Shown: positions 62,262 to 64,000 of the stretch, piece after piece | How positions within the stretch are numbered: position 1 is the stretch's first letter | Layout of the letters: the number at the start of each line of letters is the position of its first letter | Assembly: GCA_964515905.1 (NCBI GenBank) | Contig: CAZEWK010000072.1 | Coordinates: forward strand, 3,675 to 67,674 | DNA length: 64,000 nucleotides | From: an uncultured Rhodospirillaceae bacterium | Lineage (GTDB): Bacteria > Pseudomonadota > Alphaproteobacteria > UBA7887 | Direction of reading: 5' to 3' | Position numbers and translations under genes: made by a program | Notes under the pieces: model-generated | Database searches by the model: none | What the model saw: the letters and a program-made list of their open reading frames with translations, nothing else | Told to the model about the DNA's origin: nothing

Positions 62262-64000
62262 CTAATGGGCATCCGCCCAGTTGTCTCCACAACCCACATC
62301 GGCTTTGATCGGCACTTGAAGTTCCTTGGCCGGAAGGGCGGCCTCCTCCATTATTGTCGATACTATTTGTCCTGTGTGTTCCACTTCTGAATCGGGCACT
62401 TCAAATAATAATTCATCGTGTACTTGCAGTAGCATTTTAGCAGAAAGTCCTGCATCCAAGAGTGCTTCGGGCATTTTTATCATAGCTCGCTTAATAATAT
62501 CGGCAGCCGAACCTTGAATTGGAGCGTTAATAGCCTGTCGCTCTGCATAATTTCTACGTACCGCGTTCTTTTCTCTGATGGAAGGAACATAGCAGCGCCG
62601 TCCAAAAATTGTCTCCACATAACCTTTGGACCTGGCTATTTCTTTGGTATTTCCCATGTAGTCAGCTATCCCAGGATACCTCTCAAAATAGGCTTCTATA
62701 TACTCTTTCGCCTCACGCTGAGGTATTTGCAAAGAGTTAGCGAGACCAAAAGCACTTTGCCCATAAATGATTCCAAAGTTGATCGCTTTTGCACGTCGAC
62801 GAAGCAATGGATCTATATCATCAAGTGGTACATTAAAGACCTGGCTCGCCGTAATAGCATGTATATCTGCGTTATTTCTAAATGCCCCTTTTAATACATC
62901 AATGTCAGCGATGTGGGCCAGCAACCGGAGTTCAATTTGTGAATAATCTGCACTCAGTAATTTAAATCCGGGCTCAGCTATAAATGCTTGACGAATCTTC
63001 CGCCCTTCTTCAGTCCTGATGGGAATATTCTGAAGGTTAGGATCGGTGGAGGAAAGGCGTCCTGTTACCGCACCAACCATAGAATAGGAGGTGTGTACTC
63101 GATGGGTGGCCGGATTTATTTGCTCAATGAGTGCATCGGTATAAGTACTCTTGAGTTTACTAAGTTGGCGCCAATCTAACACCCTCGCTGGAAAATCGTG
63201 GCCTTGGATTTTCAAATATTCGAGAACATCGGCCCCGGTCGCGTAAGCACCTGTTTTAGTTTTTTTTCCTCCTGGAAGTCCAAGGTCCTCGAACAAAATT
63301 TTTCCTAACTGTTTAGGGGACCCAATCGTAAATTCCTGCCCCGCTAGGTCGTAGATGTCAATTGCCAGTGTCTCAATACGTTCTGAGAAACTTTTCGACA
63401 AATTGGCTAGGAAACTCTCATCCACCTTAATACCCGCACGTTCCATTTCCGCCAATACGGCCGCTAGCGGCCGCTCCAGAGTCTGATAAACAGTGGCCAT
63501 ACGATCTGACACGAGACGGGGTTTTAGCACTTCAAAAAGACGCAAGGTGACATCAGCATCTTCCGCAGCATATTGACATGCCCGCTCGAGGGGAACCTGA
63601 GCAAACGATATCTGTTTTTTTCCGCTCCCCACCACTTCCTTGTATGAAATAGTGTTTATTCCGAGATGGTTTTCGGCCAGTGCGTCCATCCCGTGGTTTC
63701 CTTGCCCTGCGTCCAACACAAAGGACATGAGCATTGTATCATCGATGGGTGATACATTTATGGCGTAAGGATCACGGGCCAAAATCGACATATCATATTT
63801 TATATTTTGCCCTACTTTTAATATGCCCTGATCTTCCAACATTGGACGCAATACCTGAAGCACCTTTTCTAGGGGCAGCTGCTCTGGTTGCGACTCAACA
63901 ATAGATGGGTCCTCCGCTAAGTCTGAATCTACTTGGTGGGCTATCGGGATATAACAAGCCTTGCCTGGCTCAACAGCCAACGATAATCCAACAAGGTCTG
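62262..64000 (-). CDS. polA: DNA polymerase I, 3' portion (3'-5' exo-like and polymerase domains); the 5' end lies beyond the window
   Basis: Motif A DYSQIELR. Motif B RRRAKAINFGIIYG. Motif C VHDE. C-terminal ..DVGCGDNWADAH. The reading frame stays open to the window edge. Confidence 0.95.
   Translation of the reverse strand, partial: DLVGLSLAVEPGKACYIPIAHQVDSDLAEDPSIVESQPEQLPLEKVLQVLRPMLEDQGILKVGQNIKYDMSILARDPYAINVSPIDDTMLMSFVLDAGQGNHGMDALAENHLGINTISYKEVVGSGKKQISFAQVPLERACQYAAEDADVTLRLFEVLKPRLVSDRMATVYQTLERPLAAVLAEMERAGIKVDESFLANLSKSFSERIETLAIDIYDLAGQEFTIGSPKQLGKILFEDLGLPGGKKTKTGAYATGADVLEYLKIQGHDFPARVLDWRQLSKLKSTYTDALIEQINPATHRVHTSYSMVGAVTGRLSSTDPNLQNIPIRTEEGRKIRQAFIAEPGFKLLSADYSQIELRLLAHIADIDVLKGAFRNNADIHAITASQVFNVPLDDIDPLLRRRAKAINFGIIYGQSAFGLANSLQIPQREAKEYIEAYFERYPGIADYMGNTKEIARSKGYVETIFGRRCYVPSIREKNAVRRNYAERQAINAPIQGSAADIIKRAMIKMPEALLDAGLSAKMLLQVHDELLFEVPDSEVEHTGQIVSTIMEEAALPAKELQVPIKADVGCGDNWADAH

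Noticed and set aside
63980-64000. Apparent ATG start of polA at 63980
   Set aside because: The frame stays open to the window edge. The 5'-3' exonuclease domain of Pol I is missing, so the gene continues beyond 64000 and the Met is internal.

Overview
This is a 64 kb chromosomal segment from an alphaproteobacterium. GC content is roughly 47-49%. The evidence for the lineage is a set of alpha-restricted small-protein families (DUF4167, DUF1178, DUF1244, DUF1674/SDHAF4-like, NIPSNAP) plus two conserved gene blocks: atpHAGDC and grxC / C-N hydrolase / DUF1178. Nearly all of it is housekeeping core, densely packed on both strands. Recognisable genes include uup-like ABC-F, djlA, def, the F1 ATP synthase operon, priA, a short transaldolase, prmC-prfA, ispG-rodZ, lysC, ubiG, argJ, secA, ychF-pth-rplY-prs, folD, dksA, an acrAB-type RND pump, rpe, rsmB and the 3' two-thirds of polA. 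There is one tRNA-Gln(UUG). No CRISPR array, transposase, integrase or phage genes are present, and I see no obvious defence island. The less ordinary parts are listed below. (1) A same-strand cluster of an aromatic-L-amino-acid decarboxylase, an MMPL/RND exporter and a Tat-exported intradiol dioxygenase. (2) A TPR protein overlapping a 2OG-Fe(II)-oxygenase-like gene, next to a 490 bp gap that holds an uncalled DUF1674 ORF. (3) A LysR regulator divergent from a stand-alone FIST sensor-like gene, with palindromes in the shared promoter. (4) A single-ORF GNAT plus MutT/Nudix fusion beside argJ. (5) A DksA that keeps only 1 of the 4 zinc-finger cysteines. (6) A DUF4167 gene carrying an in-frame (CGGTCT)4 repeat that encodes (RD)n. 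(7) An envelope cluster: coiled-coil porin, secreted hypothetical and Tat-amidohydrolase. (8) A possible 38-aa hydrophobic micro-ORF between lysC and rodZ. Several hairpin terminators were located by eye. All calls rest on motif recognition in the supplied translations; no database search was run.
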